Part shown: piece by piece, positions 1 through 10,621 of the stretch
Layout: each line of letters begins with the position of its first letter
Numbering within the stretch: position 1 is the stretch's first letter
Source: Candidatus Eiseniibacteriota bacterium
Lineage (GTDB): Bacteria; Eisenbacteria; RBG-16-71-46; CAVPCR01
Length of the DNA stretch: 64,000 nucleotides
Reading direction: 5' to 3'
Assembly: GCA_963823555.1 (NCBI GenBank)
Contig: CAWGMA010000004.1
Location: forward strand, 608,001-672,000
The notes under the pieces: model-generated
Database searches by the model: none
What the model saw: the letters and a program-made list of their open reading frames with translations, nothing else
Told to the model about the DNA's origin: nothing
Made by a program: the position numbers and the translations under genes

Positions 1-62
1 CCCCGGCGCCGCGTATCGACGCCGCTCGCGAGCCGGCATGAGATCTGCAAGCTGCATGTCCC

Positions 63-548
63 ATGCGCCTCCGTCTTCTCCCCCTTACCCTCGCCCTGGG
101 TCTGGTTCTCGTCGCCTGCAGCGACTCCGGGGACCCGACCGCGCCCTTCGCGCCGCCTGACACGCCGCCAGCGGTCAACCCGGCGGTCGCCGAGTTCGTG
201 ACGCTCGTGAACGCGCACCGCACGGCGCTCGGCCTCGCCCTGCTCGAGTGGGATGCCGAGGTCGCCGGCGTCGCCCAGGCGCACAGCGAGGACATGGTTG
301 CCCGCGGGTTCTTCAGCCACGTGAACCCCGACGGCGACTCCCCGTTCGATCGCCTGCGTGCCGCCGGCATCGCCTATGCGGCGGCGGGGGAGAACATCGC
401 CTACGGCTACCCGACGCCGGCGACCGTGCTCGAGGCCTGGCTCGGGAGCGACGGGCACCGGGCCAACATCGAGAACGCGAACTACACGCACCACGGTGTC
501 GGTCTCGCGGGGACGCACTGGACGCACGTGTTCGTGCGGAAACCGTAG
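63..548 (+). CDS. CAP/SCP (YkwD-like) domain lipoprotein
   Basis: Lipobox LVAC after a hydrophobic N-terminus; CAP motifs AQAHSEDM, FFSH, GENIAYG, WLGSDGHRANI. Confidence 0.9.
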   Translation: MRLRLLPLTLALGLVLVACSDSGDPTAPFAPPDTPPAVNPAVAEFVTLVNAHRTALGLALLEWDAEVAGVAQAHSEDMVARGFFSHVNPDGDSPFDRLRAAGIAYAAAGENIAYGYPTPATVLEAWLGSDGHRANIENANYTHHGVGLAGTHWTHVFVRKP

Positions 549-593
549 GTTTCGTCATCAGCGGGAGGCCGTTTCCAGCATCTTGACCGCCCC

Positions 594-623
594 TTGACGC
601 GGCAGAACCCGTTGCCGTACCAT
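594..623 (+). promoter_or_regulatory. Putative sigma70 promoter
   Basis: TTGACG (594-599), 18-bp spacer, TACCAT (618-623), upstream of the 680-3960 gene cluster. Confidence 0.4.
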
Positions 624-679
624 CATTTTGTGCCCTTCATGTGTATCGCAATGTGCAGTCGACGGGGGTAAATGACCCA

Positions 680-919
680 ATGAAGTCTCTAGCACGCCAT
701 CGTGCGGTGCTGTTAGCTGTTCCGGTCCTGGTACTGCTCGTCGCGCGGAACGCGTACGCGTACATCGACCCCAACACGGGCAGCATGCTGCTACAGATCA
801 TCATCGGTTCGGTGCTGGGCGCTGCGGCCGCTATCGGGGTGTTCAGAGCCCAGGCTGCCCGCTTCTTCAGGCGGCTCTTCGGGTTGGAAAAGAACAACAA
901 CAGCACCGATGAAAGCTGA
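680..919 (+). CDS. Small membrane protein with YIDPxTG motif
   Basis: Signal-like N-terminus ending AYA, then YIDPNTGS, a hydrophobic helix and a basic tail; overlaps the start of the next gene. Confidence 0.75.
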   Translation: MKSLARHRAVLLAVPVLVLLVARNAYAYIDPNTGSMLLQIIIGSVLGAAAAIGVFRAQAARFFRRLFGLEKNNNSTDES

Positions 920-2285
920 TGAGAAGAACGCGGGGTCGTTTCGCGATCCCAGCGGATTTCTCTTCACGCGCGACGGGGTCCTCCATCGCCAGGTCAATCA
1001 CAGGTATGCGCAGGAATATGACCGCCTGATGTCGGGCGGTCTCTATGCCGCTCTTGTCAGCGACAAGCTTCTCGTCGAGCATGAGGAGGCGGATCCCGGG
1101 TTCGCCCAGTCCGCCGAGGCCTACAAGATCATCCGTCCCGAGCGCATCGGGTTCATCTCGTATCCCTACGAGTGGTGCTTCAGCCAGCTCAAGGACGCCG
1201 CGCTCCTGACGCTTCGTATCCAGCGTCTGGCCCTCGAGCACGGGATGAGCCTCAAGGACGCGAGCGCCTACAACATCCAGTTCGCAGCCGGGCGGCCCAT
1301 CCTCATCGACACTCTCTCCTTCGAGACCTACGAGGAGGGGGCGCCCTGGGTGGCCTACCGCCAGTTCTGCCAGCATTTCCTGGCCCCGCTGGCGCTCACG
1401 AGCTTGACCGATGTCCGCCTGGGCCAGCTCATGCGCATCTACATCGATGGCATCAGCATGGATCTCGCCTCGGCGCTCTTGCCCATGCGCACGCGGTGGC
1501 GCGCCGGCCTCATGATGCACATCCATCTGCATGCGCGCAGTCAAGCTCGACACGCCGGCGACACGGCCGGTGTCAAGGGCCGCCGCCTGAGCCGCATGGC
1601 CCTGACCGGACTCCTGAATAGCCTCGAATCGACCGTCCGGAAGCTCGACTGGAAGCCCGTGGGTACCGAGTGGGGGGATTACTACTCCGCCACGAACTAC
1701 ACCGACGAAGCGCTCGAGCACAAGAAGGAGCTGGTGCGGTCGTTCATCGGCGAGGCTCGACCCGGCACGGTGTGGGACCTGGGGGCCAACCTGGGCCTCT
1801 TCAGCCGGCTCGCATCCGAGCAAGGCATCCCGACCGTGGCCTTCGACATCGATCCGGCCGCGGTCGAGAAGAGCTACCGCCGGGTGGTCGCCGATCGGGA
1901 GACCCACCTCCTGCCTCTCGTCCAGGATCTCACCAACCCGAGCGCCGGCATCGGCTGGGCCGGGGACGAGCGCGTCTCCCTGACCGCCCGCGGCCCGGCC
2001 GATCTCGTGATGGGCCTGGCCCTGATCCATCACCTGGCGATCTCCAACAATGTCCCCCTCGACATGGTGGCCGAGTACATGGCCCGGCTCGGGCGGAAGC
2101 TCGTGATCGAGTTCGTGCCCAAGGAGGACTCACAGGTGCGCCGGTTGCTGGCCACCCGCGAGGACGTGTTCCCGAATTACTCGCAAGCGGGGTTCGAGGA
2201 GGCCTTTGCCCGGTGGTGGACCCTCGATCGCAAGGAAGCGATTCCGCTCACCGAGCGCACCCTCTACCTGATGACGCGCAAGTAG
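909..2285 (+). CDS. NoeA-like protein: N-terminal kinase-like domain plus class I SAM methyltransferase
   Basis: SFRDPSG start; LKDASAYNIQF...ILIDTLSF (kinase-like catalytic loop); VWDLGANLG, FDID and LALIHHL (SAM-binding fold). Confidence 0.85.
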   Translation: MKADEKNAGSFRDPSGFLFTRDGVLHRQVNHRYAQEYDRLMSGGLYAALVSDKLLVEHEEADPGFAQSAEAYKIIRPERIGFISYPYEWCFSQLKDAALLTLRIQRLALEHGMSLKDASAYNIQFAAGRPILIDTLSFETYEEGAPWVAYRQFCQHFLAPLALTSLTDVRLGQLMRIYIDGISMDLASALLPMRTRWRAGLMMHIHLHARSQARHAGDTAGVKGRRLSRMALTGLLNSLESTVRKLDWKPVGTEWGDYYSATNYTDEALEHKKELVRSFIGEARPGTVWDLGANLGLFSRLASEQGIPTVAFDIDPAAVEKSYRRVVADRETHLLPLVQDLTNPSAGIGWAGDERVSLTARGPADLVMGLALIHHLAISNNVPLDMVAEYMARLGRKLVIEFVPKEDSQVRRLLATREDVFPNYSQAGFEEAFARWWTLDRKEAIPLTERTLYLMTRK

Positions 2286-2328
2286 CCGTGCCCCTGGAAT
2301 TGGCTCCGACTCCTTGAGGGGGACCCGC

Positions 2329-3960
2329 ATGGCATCCGAGTCGCGTTCGCGCCGCCGGAGCTGGGTGATCCACCCGCTCTCGTTCGCCCTGTTCCCCGTG
2401 CTCTCGCTCTACTCGAGCAACATCCACGAGACCCCGGCGGATCAGGTCGTCTTGCCGCTGGTGGTCGCGGCCGGGGTCACGCTCCTCGTCCAGGTCGCGG
2501 CCCGGCTTCTCCGAGGGAACAGCGACCGCACGGGGATCGTGCTCTCGGCCGCAGTCCTCATCTTCCTTCTCTACGGGCACATGCTACGTGTGGTCGAGGC
2601 CGTGCGACTTCCGGGGCCCGCGGTCGCGCTGGCGGTCACGACGACCTTGTTCTTCGTGGCGGTGGTGTGGCTGACGGCTCGTACCAGGAGAGACCTCGGC
2701 GCCGTGACCAAGCTCCTGAACGTGCTGAGCTTGAGTCTCCTGGTGGTGGCCCTGGTCCCGATCCTGCTCCATGCCGTGCAGACGATCGGCAAGCGCGACT
2801 ACTCGCGCTTGCCGGATCTCGATCCCGGGGTCCCCCTCGCGTCGATCGGGGCCGGGCCCAATCCGCCGGACGTCTACTATCTCGTCTTCGATCGCTTCGG
2901 GAGCGAGGGGAGCATCAAGGAGTTCTGCGGGCTCGATACGGCGCCCTTCTTCGCGGCGCTCCGCGAGCGCGGGTTCCATGTCATCGAGCATGCCCGCCCC
3001 AACTACCCGAAGACCTCCCACTCGTTGGCATCATCCATGAACATGGAGTACCTGACCTTCCTCGAAGAGGCCGGCATCACGCCGGCCACCGATTACGGCC
3101 CGCTCCACCAGATGATGCGGGGCGATTATCGCGTGGCGCGCTTCCTGCGCGGGCAGGGCTACCATTACTACCACGTCGGCTCGTGGTACTCGCCGACGGC
3201 GGGCAATCGATACGCCGAGAAGAACTTCCGCTTTCAGAAGCTCTCCGAGTTCGCCTCCATCCTCTACGAGAGCACGGTTCTGTACTCGCTCGTCGACCTC
3301 GTCACCCGCGTCGACGACCGCATGACGCAGTACCAGAGCATCGGCTATGTGTTCGAGCACCTCGCCGCCATGCCGGCGGAGCGCGGTCCCCGGTTCGTCT
3401 TCGCCCATGTCCTCCTGCCCCACACGCCCTACGTGATCGATGCCGACGGGTCCTTCCTGCCGCGCGCGGTCCGGGACGAGCGGTCCGACGAGGCCAACTA
3501 TGCGAACCAGGTCCGCTTCGCCAGCTCGGCCATTCTCGATCTGGTGGACACGCTCATCCGGGAGTCGGCGACGCCGCCGATCATCATCCTGCAGGCGGAC
3601 GAGGGGCCACACCCCATCCGCTACGTCGAGACCGAGGCGGGGAAACACGTCGAGCACCCGTTTTCCTGGCGCAACATCACCGATGCCGAGGTGAGGATCA
3701 AGTTCGGGATCCTCGGTGCGATCCACCTGCCGGGCGCCGATACCGGTGCCGACCTGCCCCCGGACCGGACCTCGGTCAACACCTTCCGGATCGTCTTCAA
3801 CCACGTCTTCGGAACTCGCTTTCCGATCCTGCCCGATGCCTGCTACACGCCGCTCGATTCCCGCCATCTCTACGAGTTCATCGACGTCACCGCGCGGACG
3901 GTGATGGACGGGCCCGGGATGGCGGGCGCACCCGACGCGACGGCGGCCGCCGCCGAGTGA
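2329..3960 (+). CDS. Membrane-anchored sulfatase-like / LtaS-EptA-OpgB-type alkaline phosphatase superfamily protein
   Basis: About five N-terminal TM helices, then [15 protein letters not shown] (Thr nucleophile position), [15 protein letters not shown]. Confidence 0.8.
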   Translation: MASESRSRRRSWVIHPLSFALFPVLSLYSSNIHETPADQVVLPLVVAAGVTLLVQVAARLLRGNSDRTGIVLSAAVLIFLLYGHMLRVVEAVRLPGPAVALAVTTTLFFVAVVWLTARTRRDLGAVTKLLNVLSLSLLVVALVPILLHAVQTIGKRDYSRLPDLDPGVPLASIGAGPNPPDVYYLVFDRFGSEGSIKEFCGLDTAPFFAALRERGFHVIEHARPNYPKTSHSLASSMNMEYLTFLEEAGITPATDYGPLHQMMRGDYRVARFLRGQGYHYYHVGSWYSPTAGNRYAEKNFRFQKLSEFASILYESTVLYSLVDLVTRVDDRMTQYQSIGYVFEHLAAMPAERGPRFVFAHVLLPHTPYVIDADGSFLPRAVRDERSDEANYANQVRFASSAILDLVDTLIRESATPPIIILQADEGPHPIRYVETEAGKHVEHPFSWRNITDAEVRIKFGILGAIHLPGADTGADLPPDRTSVNTFRIVFNHVFGTRFPILPDACYTPLDSRHLYEFIDVTARTVMDGPGMAGAPDATAAAAE

Positions 3961-3966
3961 TCGGCG

Positions 3967-5328
3967 TCACGACCCGAGCGCTTCGCCCCGGGTGCGAATG
4001 ACCTCCTGGTAGAAGCGTGCGCTCGACTTGGGCGTGCGCTCGAGCGTCGTGAAATCGACGTGCACGATGCCGAAGCGCTTGGTCGTGCCGGCGGCCCACT
4101 CGACAGTTGTCGAGGAGCGACCACGCGAAGTAGCCGCGGAGATCGACGCCCTGGCCGATCGCGGCCCGAGCGGCCGCGAGGTGCTCGCGCAGGTAGGCGA
4201 CGCGAAGCGGATCGTCGATGCGGGCCCTGGCCGTCGGGCGGATCGGGAAAGGCGGCGCCGTTCTCGGTGATGTAGAGCGGGACCGCCCCGTAGCGCTCCC
4301 TGATCCAGAGGAGGACCCCGGTGAGGGCTTCGGGCCAGACCTCCCAGCCCATCTCGGTGTAGAGGCTCCCGGGCTGGCGTACCTGGCGGGCGCGGACCGG
4401 GAGCGCCATCTCATCGTGCGCCGTGACCCCGCGCGTGTAGTAGTTGACACCCAGGAAGTCGATGGGCTCCCGGATCAGCGCGAAGTCCTCCGCGGCGAAG
4501 CGCGGCCACGCCTCAGCCGAAGATCTCCGCCATCTCCTCGGGATAGGATCCGAGGAAGACCGGATCGAGATACTGCCGGTTCATGTAGGCATCGGCGCGC
4601 CGGGTGGCGGCGAGATCGGCCGGCGAGTCGCTGGCTGGAACCTTGGGCTCGAGGTTGACGACGAGCCCGATCTCGCCGTGCGCCTCGGCGCGAAACGCCT
4701 GGACCGCAGCGCCGTGGGCCCGCAGGACGTTGTGGGTTGCGATCGGAGCTTCGCCGAGACTCTTGTGTCCGGGAGCGTGGACGCCGTGGACGTACCCGGC
4801 ATCGACGACGACCCAGGGCTCGTTGATCGTGGCCCACAGCTTCACGCGGTCGCCGAGGCGTCTGGACCACAGCCCGCGCGTAGTCGGCGAACCAGGAGGC
4901 GATATCCCGGTGGAGCCAGCCGCCAGCGTCGTCGAGCGCGGCCGGCAGGTCCCAGTGGTAGAGGGTGGCGCAGGGGCTGGATGCCGCTCTCGAGCAGCAG
5001 ATCGACGAGCCGCGAATAGAAGTCGAGACCCGCCGGGTTCGCCGGCCCGCGCCCGGTCGGGCAGGATGCGGCTCCAGGCCAGGCTGAAGCGATAGGTCTC
5101 GAGGCCGAGGTCGCGCATGAGGGCGACATCCTCGCGATAGCGGCGGTAGTGATCGCACGCGACGTCGCCGGTCTCGCCCCCGGCCATGCGCCCCGGCGTG
5201 TGCGCGAAGCGGTGCCAGATGCTCGGGCCGGCGCCGTCGGCGAGCGGCGAGCCCTCGATCTGGTAGGCGGAGGTCGCCGCGCCCCAGAGGAATCCCCGGG
5301 GAAAGCGCGTGGTGGGGGATGCGATCAT
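3967..5328 (-). CDS. GH1 beta-glucosidase (several frameshifts in this assembly)
   Basis: [34 protein letters not shown] (acid/base), YITENG (nucleophile), [10 protein letters not shown], spread over several frames. Confidence 0.92.
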
Positions 5329-8300
5329 CGCGCCGCACTCGCCTTCGCGCCGAGGGTGAGCTCGACGCGATGCACGCCGCCGTCACGAGCCAGCGGGATC
5401 CGTGCCGTGCCGTCCGTGATCGGCACCGCCGCGCCGTCAGAAGTCGCGGCGACGAGATCCGTGCCCTCGGCGCGCGGGATTCTGCGCCGTGATCTCGTAG
5501 TGGGTGTCCTCCTCCGGCAAGCGGTAGTGGATCGTGAAGCGATCCCAGCTGGCAGGAACGCGTGGTGAGAGGACGAGCGTGCGGCCTCCTTCGATGCGGA
5601 AACCGAGGAGCGATTCGAGCGCGACGCGGATCATCCAGCCGGCGGACCCGGTGTACCAGGTCCAGCCCCCGCGCCCCGATGTGCGGCGGCGCGCCGTAGA
5701 TGTCGGCGGCGATGACGTAGGGCTCGATCTGGTAGGTCGCGACGCGCTCCTGGCGTGCCTGGTGGATCGGGTTCAGGAGATCGAGGAGCTGGGCTGCGCG
5801 CTCGTTGCGGCCGAGCTCGGCCAGGGCGCGCACCACCCAGAGCGCCGCGTGCGTGTACTGGCCGCCGTTCTCGCGCACTCCCGGCACGTATCCCTTGATG
5901 TAGCCTGGATCGTGCGGGTCGTCGGCGAAGGGCGGCGTGAGGAGCCGGACGAGCTCGTCGCGCTCCGAGATCAGGTGTTGCTCCACCGCGTCCATTGCCT
6001 GCGCCGCGCGCTCCGGGGGCGCCGCCCCGGAGATCACCGCCCAGGCCTGCGCCAGGGCATCGATCCGGCATTCGTCGCTCTCGTGCGAGCCGAGCGGTGT
6101 CCCGTCGTCGTAGTAGCCGCGACGGTACCACTCGCCGTCCCAGCCCAGTCGTTGAGGGCAAGGACCAGCTCGTCGCGGTAGGCGCGGTAGCGGCGGGCAC
6201 GCTCCTCGTCGCCACGTTCGGCGCAGATGGGAATGAAGTCACCGAGGAGAGCGACCTGGAAGAAGCCGAGCCACACGCTCTCTCCCCTCCCCTCGCGGCC
6301 CACGCGGTTCATGCCGTCGTTCCAGTCGCCGGTGCCGAACAGCGGCAGCCCGTGAGCGCCGCGGGTGAGGCCGCGGTCGAGAGCGCGGCAGCAGTGCTTG
6401 TAGAGGTCGGCCGATTCGCCGGCCGGCGTCGGCACCAGGAAGGCCTCGTCCTCGCCGGGAGCGAGCTCGCGCGCGGTGAGGAAGCGCACGTTCTCGTCGA
6501 GGATCGCCGCGTCGCCCGTCGTGGCGACGTAGTACGCGGTCAGGTAGGGCAGCCAGAGCAGATCGTCCGAGAACCGCGTGCGGATGCCCTTCGACAGCGG
6601 CGGATGCCACCAGTGGAGGACATCCCCGTCGGCGAACTGGTGAGCGGCGTGGAGGAGGATCTGGGCACGCGTGAGCGCCGGGAAGAAGGGGATGAGGGCT
6701 GCTGCGTCCTGCAGCTGATCGCGAAAGCCGAAGGCACCTCCCGACTGATAGAGCGCCGAGCGGCCCCAGAGCCGGCAGCTCAGGGTCTGGTAGGGGAGCC
6801 AGCCGTTCACCATGAGATCGAGCGCGGGAGATGGTGTGGTGACCTGGATCGCGCCGAGGCGGCGTTTCCAGAAGCTCCTGACCGTGGCGAGCGCCGCGAG
6901 GGCGGCGTCAGGACCGGAGTAGCGCGCAACGAGCGCACGCGCACCGTCCGGACTCGGTGCCTCGCCGCAGAGGAAGCTCAGCGTGATCTCGGTGCCCGGC
7001 GGCAGCTCGAGCGTGACCTGCTCGGCGAAGCAAGGATCCAGGCCAGCGCCGGTGTGCCCGTCGAGCGGCGCCGGAGCGCGGAGCGCAGCTGGACTGGACA
7101 GATGACCGTGGCGCCCGAGGAAGGACACGCGATCGCCGCTGAACCAATGCGCCGACGCGGCCGGGGCCGCCACCGCAGCAAATGCCACGCCATCGCCGAA
7201 TTCCGCGGCGAGCGGATTGGTGGCGAGGAGAACCGGAGGCTTGGCGTCGGCGGTCACCGTGATGAAGCGGCCCGTCTCTTCCGGCGTCGTGCCGAGGACG
7301 AGCCGGTAGTAGGCGAAGAGAGAGAGCGATCTGAGCTCGTCGCTCATGTTCCGGAGCCGGAGCATGGTGATCTTCACCGGGTCGGCGAGCGGCACGAACT
7401 GGGTCGCCTCCTGTTGGAGCCCGGCAGCGAGGAGCCTGCACGTCGAGTAGCCGAAGCCGTGCCGCATCTCGTAGGGGGTGACCTGTCCGCTGGCTGCTCC
7501 ATGGGGCGAAGGTCCGGGGAGAGGCGACCAGAACTCGCCCGTCGCCTCGTCGCGCACGTAGAAGGCCTCCTCGTGCGGGTCGAGCAGCGGGTCGTTGCAC
7601 CACGGGGTGAGGCGGTGCTCGCGGCTGTTCCGGCTCCATGTGGTTCCGGCCCCGGTCTCGCTCGCGAGGAAGCCGAAGCTGTCGTTGGCGATGACGTTGA
7701 TCCAGGGCCGCGGTGGAAGCTGGAGGCGATCGCGATCGGGAGTGAGTCGGATCACGTACTCCGTGCCGTCGGCGTTGAAACCGCCATGGTCGTTCTCGAA
7801 GCGGAGCGATTCCGCGGGATCCGGGGCATCGCCGGGTGGAGCAGGCGTGTTGGAGACCGGGCCCGCTCCGGCGCGCGGGGGCTCCATGGCGGCGGACTCG
7901 GGGTGCGGGGCACCGGCCCCGGTATTCCGTTCCAGCGGTGGACCGAGATCCGGGAAGGCGCGGCGCAACACGAGTCGCGCCGCGGCCGCGATGAGGTCGA
8001 GCTCCGGGGGAGTCAGATCGGTCACGCGCAGCACATGGAGGCGATCGTCTGATGGTTTGGACCGGGGAATCGGCGGCGAATCGGGGCCGGTGAGAATCAC
8101 GAGATCGATCTCGAGACCCAGGGCGCGCCAGTAGCCGCGGGCAGCCAGCACGGCGGGGAGAAGCGCCATGCCGTCCGCTTCCTCCGCATGAAGGAGAGCG
8201 ATCGTGCCCGCGATCGGGAGACCGTGATGGGCCAGCGTCGAGAGGTCACCCCGCGCCCTGGCCTGGACCGCCGGATCCGCTCGCAGGCCAGGGTGCCCGT

Positions 8301-9254
8301 AGAGCATGGCTCCGGCCAGGGCCTGCAGGTAGCTCGCCTCGACCTCTGTGATGCCGAATCGGCTCTGCAGGTCGCGCTCGTGCCCCTCGGCGTCGACGAA
8401 TGCAGCATCGACGTCCGCGGCACGCAGATAGCGGTGGCCGAGGGCCAGCGTTGCCGTGCGTCCGCTCCCGGTGCCGAGCAGAAAGGTCAACTGGGTGCGC
8501 GCTCCGGGACGGAGATCGACCGTGGTGCGCAGGCTCACGATCGGATCGATCACGTCACCGGTGCTCCCAGCGAGCGGAGCGCGCGATCTCATGGCAGCCG
8601 GGGATTCCAGGCTCGACCCGCGACCGATGAAGCGCGAGCGGTCGGTCTCGAACTCCACGTGGCCGCTGCCGGCGAGGGCATGGATCAGCCACGGATGGCG
8701 TTCTCCAGCGGCCCGCGCCCGGCGCTGGACGAGCACGGCCTGCGCCTCGGGCACGAATTCGGTCTGCAGGAAGAGCTTCGAGAACGCCGGATGCGCCCTG
8801 TAGGCGGCGGCCGCATGGAGCACCACCTCGGCGAAGGATGTGATCTCGATCCGGCGCGGCCGACCCGAACGGTTGTGGAGGGTCAAGCGGCGGAGCTCGA
8901 TGGTGGATTGGGGGGGACGCCGATCTCGAGGCCGATCTCCATCCCGTGGTCGCGGCGTGCGATCTCGAATCGGCCGGGCCTGCGCCGGGCTTCGTAGTGG
9001 GTCACCGCTCCCGGTACCGGCATTCGCCCCACGGACCAGAACGCTCCCGAGTCCCGATCGCGCAGATAGATGAAGAAACCATCGCCATCCGCCGTACGGT
9101 CCCCGCGCCAGTGGGTGAGGGCGTTTGGACCCGCCGCCGAGAAGCCGGTTCCCGCGTCCGTGATGAGCACGCGATAGCTTCCGTCGCCATTGGCCAGCAC
9201 ATGGGCCGGCGGCGTCGAGGCGTCCGCTGAATGGTGGGGAGAGCTCATGGGCAT
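5325..9254 (-). CDS. GH94 glycoside phosphorylase resembling the C-terminal phosphorylase region of cyclic beta-1,2-glucan synthase (frameshifted)
   Basis: Two GH94 N-terminal supersandwich-like regions (HPAFSKLF; PWINVIAN...NSREHRLTPW), YQSGGAFGFRDQLQD, GDWNDG, ENGGQYTHAA; ATGA overlap with the GH1 gene. Confidence 0.9.
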
Positions 9255-9367
9255 TCCTGGTCTTTCCTCCGCGCGCCGCCGCAGTCTGCGCCAAGAGGGA
9301 GTGGCGTTCAACCGCGGCCCGAGCGGACGCCGCCACCGGTGGCCCCGGGCCGATTCGCCCTCCTCCC

Positions 9368-9403
9368 TTGACAAGGCGGCGGATCCATGTAATCCTTTAC
9401 ATG
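9368..9403 (+). promoter_or_regulatory. TTGACA -35 box followed by a LacI-type operator palindrome
   Basis: TTGACA at 9368-9373; perfect inverted repeat CATGTAA-TCCT-TTACATG at 9386-9403 in the divergent intergenic region. Confidence 0.75.
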
Positions 9404-9454
9404 TCCAAGGAAACTTCCGTCTCCTAACCCGCCCCGGCGCCAGGGGTTGGTCAT

Positions 9455-10621
9455 TTGGCCAACATACACGATGTAGCCAGGGAGGCTGGCGTCTCGATCG
9501 CCACCGTCTCGCGCGCACTCAACGGAAGTCCGCTTGTCAGCAGGGAGACTTCCCGCCGCGTGCGCGACGCAGCCCTGCGCCTCGATTACTGGCCCAACCT
9601 CGCTGCTCGCAGCCTCCGCCAGAGCCGCACTCATGTCCTCGGGGTTCTGCTCCCCGACCTCTACGGTGACTTCTTCTCCGAGGTCATTCGCGGCATCGAC
9701 GACCAGGCTCGCCTGGACCGATTTCAGGTCCTGATCTCGAGCTCGCACGCCGAAAGCCAGGCCATCGACGCCGCGGCCCGGTCGCTGCGCGGGCGGGTCG
9801 ACGGGTTGATCGTGATGGCCCCGAGCGGAGAATCGACTCATACTCTCGATCGCATCGCGCACAAGGTGCCAGTCGTTCTCCTCAATGCCTCTTGTCCCGC
9901 CGGCAACTGCAGCGTGGTCTCGATCGCCAACTACCAGGGGGCGCAGGCCGCCGTCGGTCATCTGCTCGAGCTCGGGCACCGGGTCGTGGCCATGATCAAG
10001 GGGCCGCCCCGGAACGCGGACGCCGAGGAGCGGCTACGGGGCTTCCGGCAGGCGCTCGCGGGCTGCGGAATCCAGCCGTTGCCGGCGCTCGAATTCGCCG
10101 GGGACTTCACCGAGTATTCGGGCTATCGCGCTGCAGAGCCGATTCTTGCGGCCAGGCCCAGACCCACGGCGGTGTTTGCCGCCAATGACTACATGGCCAT
10201 CGGGTTCTTGAGCGCCCTTGGCGGGCGGGGCATCCGCGTGCCAGAGGACATGGCCCTGGTCGGGTTCGATGACATCGCCATGGCGCAGTACATCAGTCCG
10301 GCGCTGACGACCGTACACATCGATGCGCACGAACTGGGAGCGCGGGCGGTTCGACTCCTGATCTCGTCCGTGGGGTCGGATCTGGGCAACCTGCGCCGGA
10401 ACGAGGTGCTGCCGGCAACGCTCGTGGTACGGCAGTCTTCGGGGAGTCGCCGCAATGCTTCGACCATCGGCCCCGATGCCCGCGCAAGCGCCATGCAGAC
10501 AGGAGAGTCCACGTCGACCGCCGCCTTGACGCTCGATCCGGAGACGATGCCGGAACAGAGCGCCGGGCGCGCTTCAAACCAGCGTCCCAGCGCGGCTGGG
10601 CGCAGGAGGCCACCATCATGA
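9455..10621 (+). CDS. LacI-family transcriptional regulator
   Basis: IHDVAREAGVSIATVSRALN HTH, PNLAARSL hinge, AVFAANDYMAIG, VGFDD, PALTTV; TTG start. Confidence 0.96.
   Translation: MANIHDVAREAGVSIATVSRALNGSPLVSRETSRRVRDAALRLDYWPNLAARSLRQSRTHVLGVLLPDLYGDFFSEVIRGIDDQARLDRFQVLISSSHAESQAIDAAARSLRGRVDGLIVMAPSGESTHTLDRIAHKVPVVLLNASCPAGNCSVVSIANYQGAQAAVGHLLELGHRVVAMIKGPPRNADAEERLRGFRQALAGCGIQPLPALEFAGDFTEYSGYRAAEPILAARPRPTAVFAANDYMAIGFLSALGGRGIRVPEDMALVGFDDIAMAQYISPALTTVHIDAHELGARAVRLLISSVGSDLGNLRRNEVLPATLVVRQSSGSRRNASTIGPDARASAMQTGESTSTAALTLDPETMPEQSAGRASNQRPSAAGRRRPPS

Noticed and set aside
2329..3960. OpgB-like decoration of the beta-1,2-glucan handled by the neighbouring locus
   Set aside because: The gene is convergent and in a separate unit, and no glucan synthase is present; adjacency alone is insufficient.
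5995..8052. Long antisense and alternate-frame ORFs (also 35918-38071, 45798-47471, 48808-51204, 59629-61089)
   Set aside because: They are shadow ORFs expected in high-GC DNA opposite well-supported genes, with no recognisable motifs.
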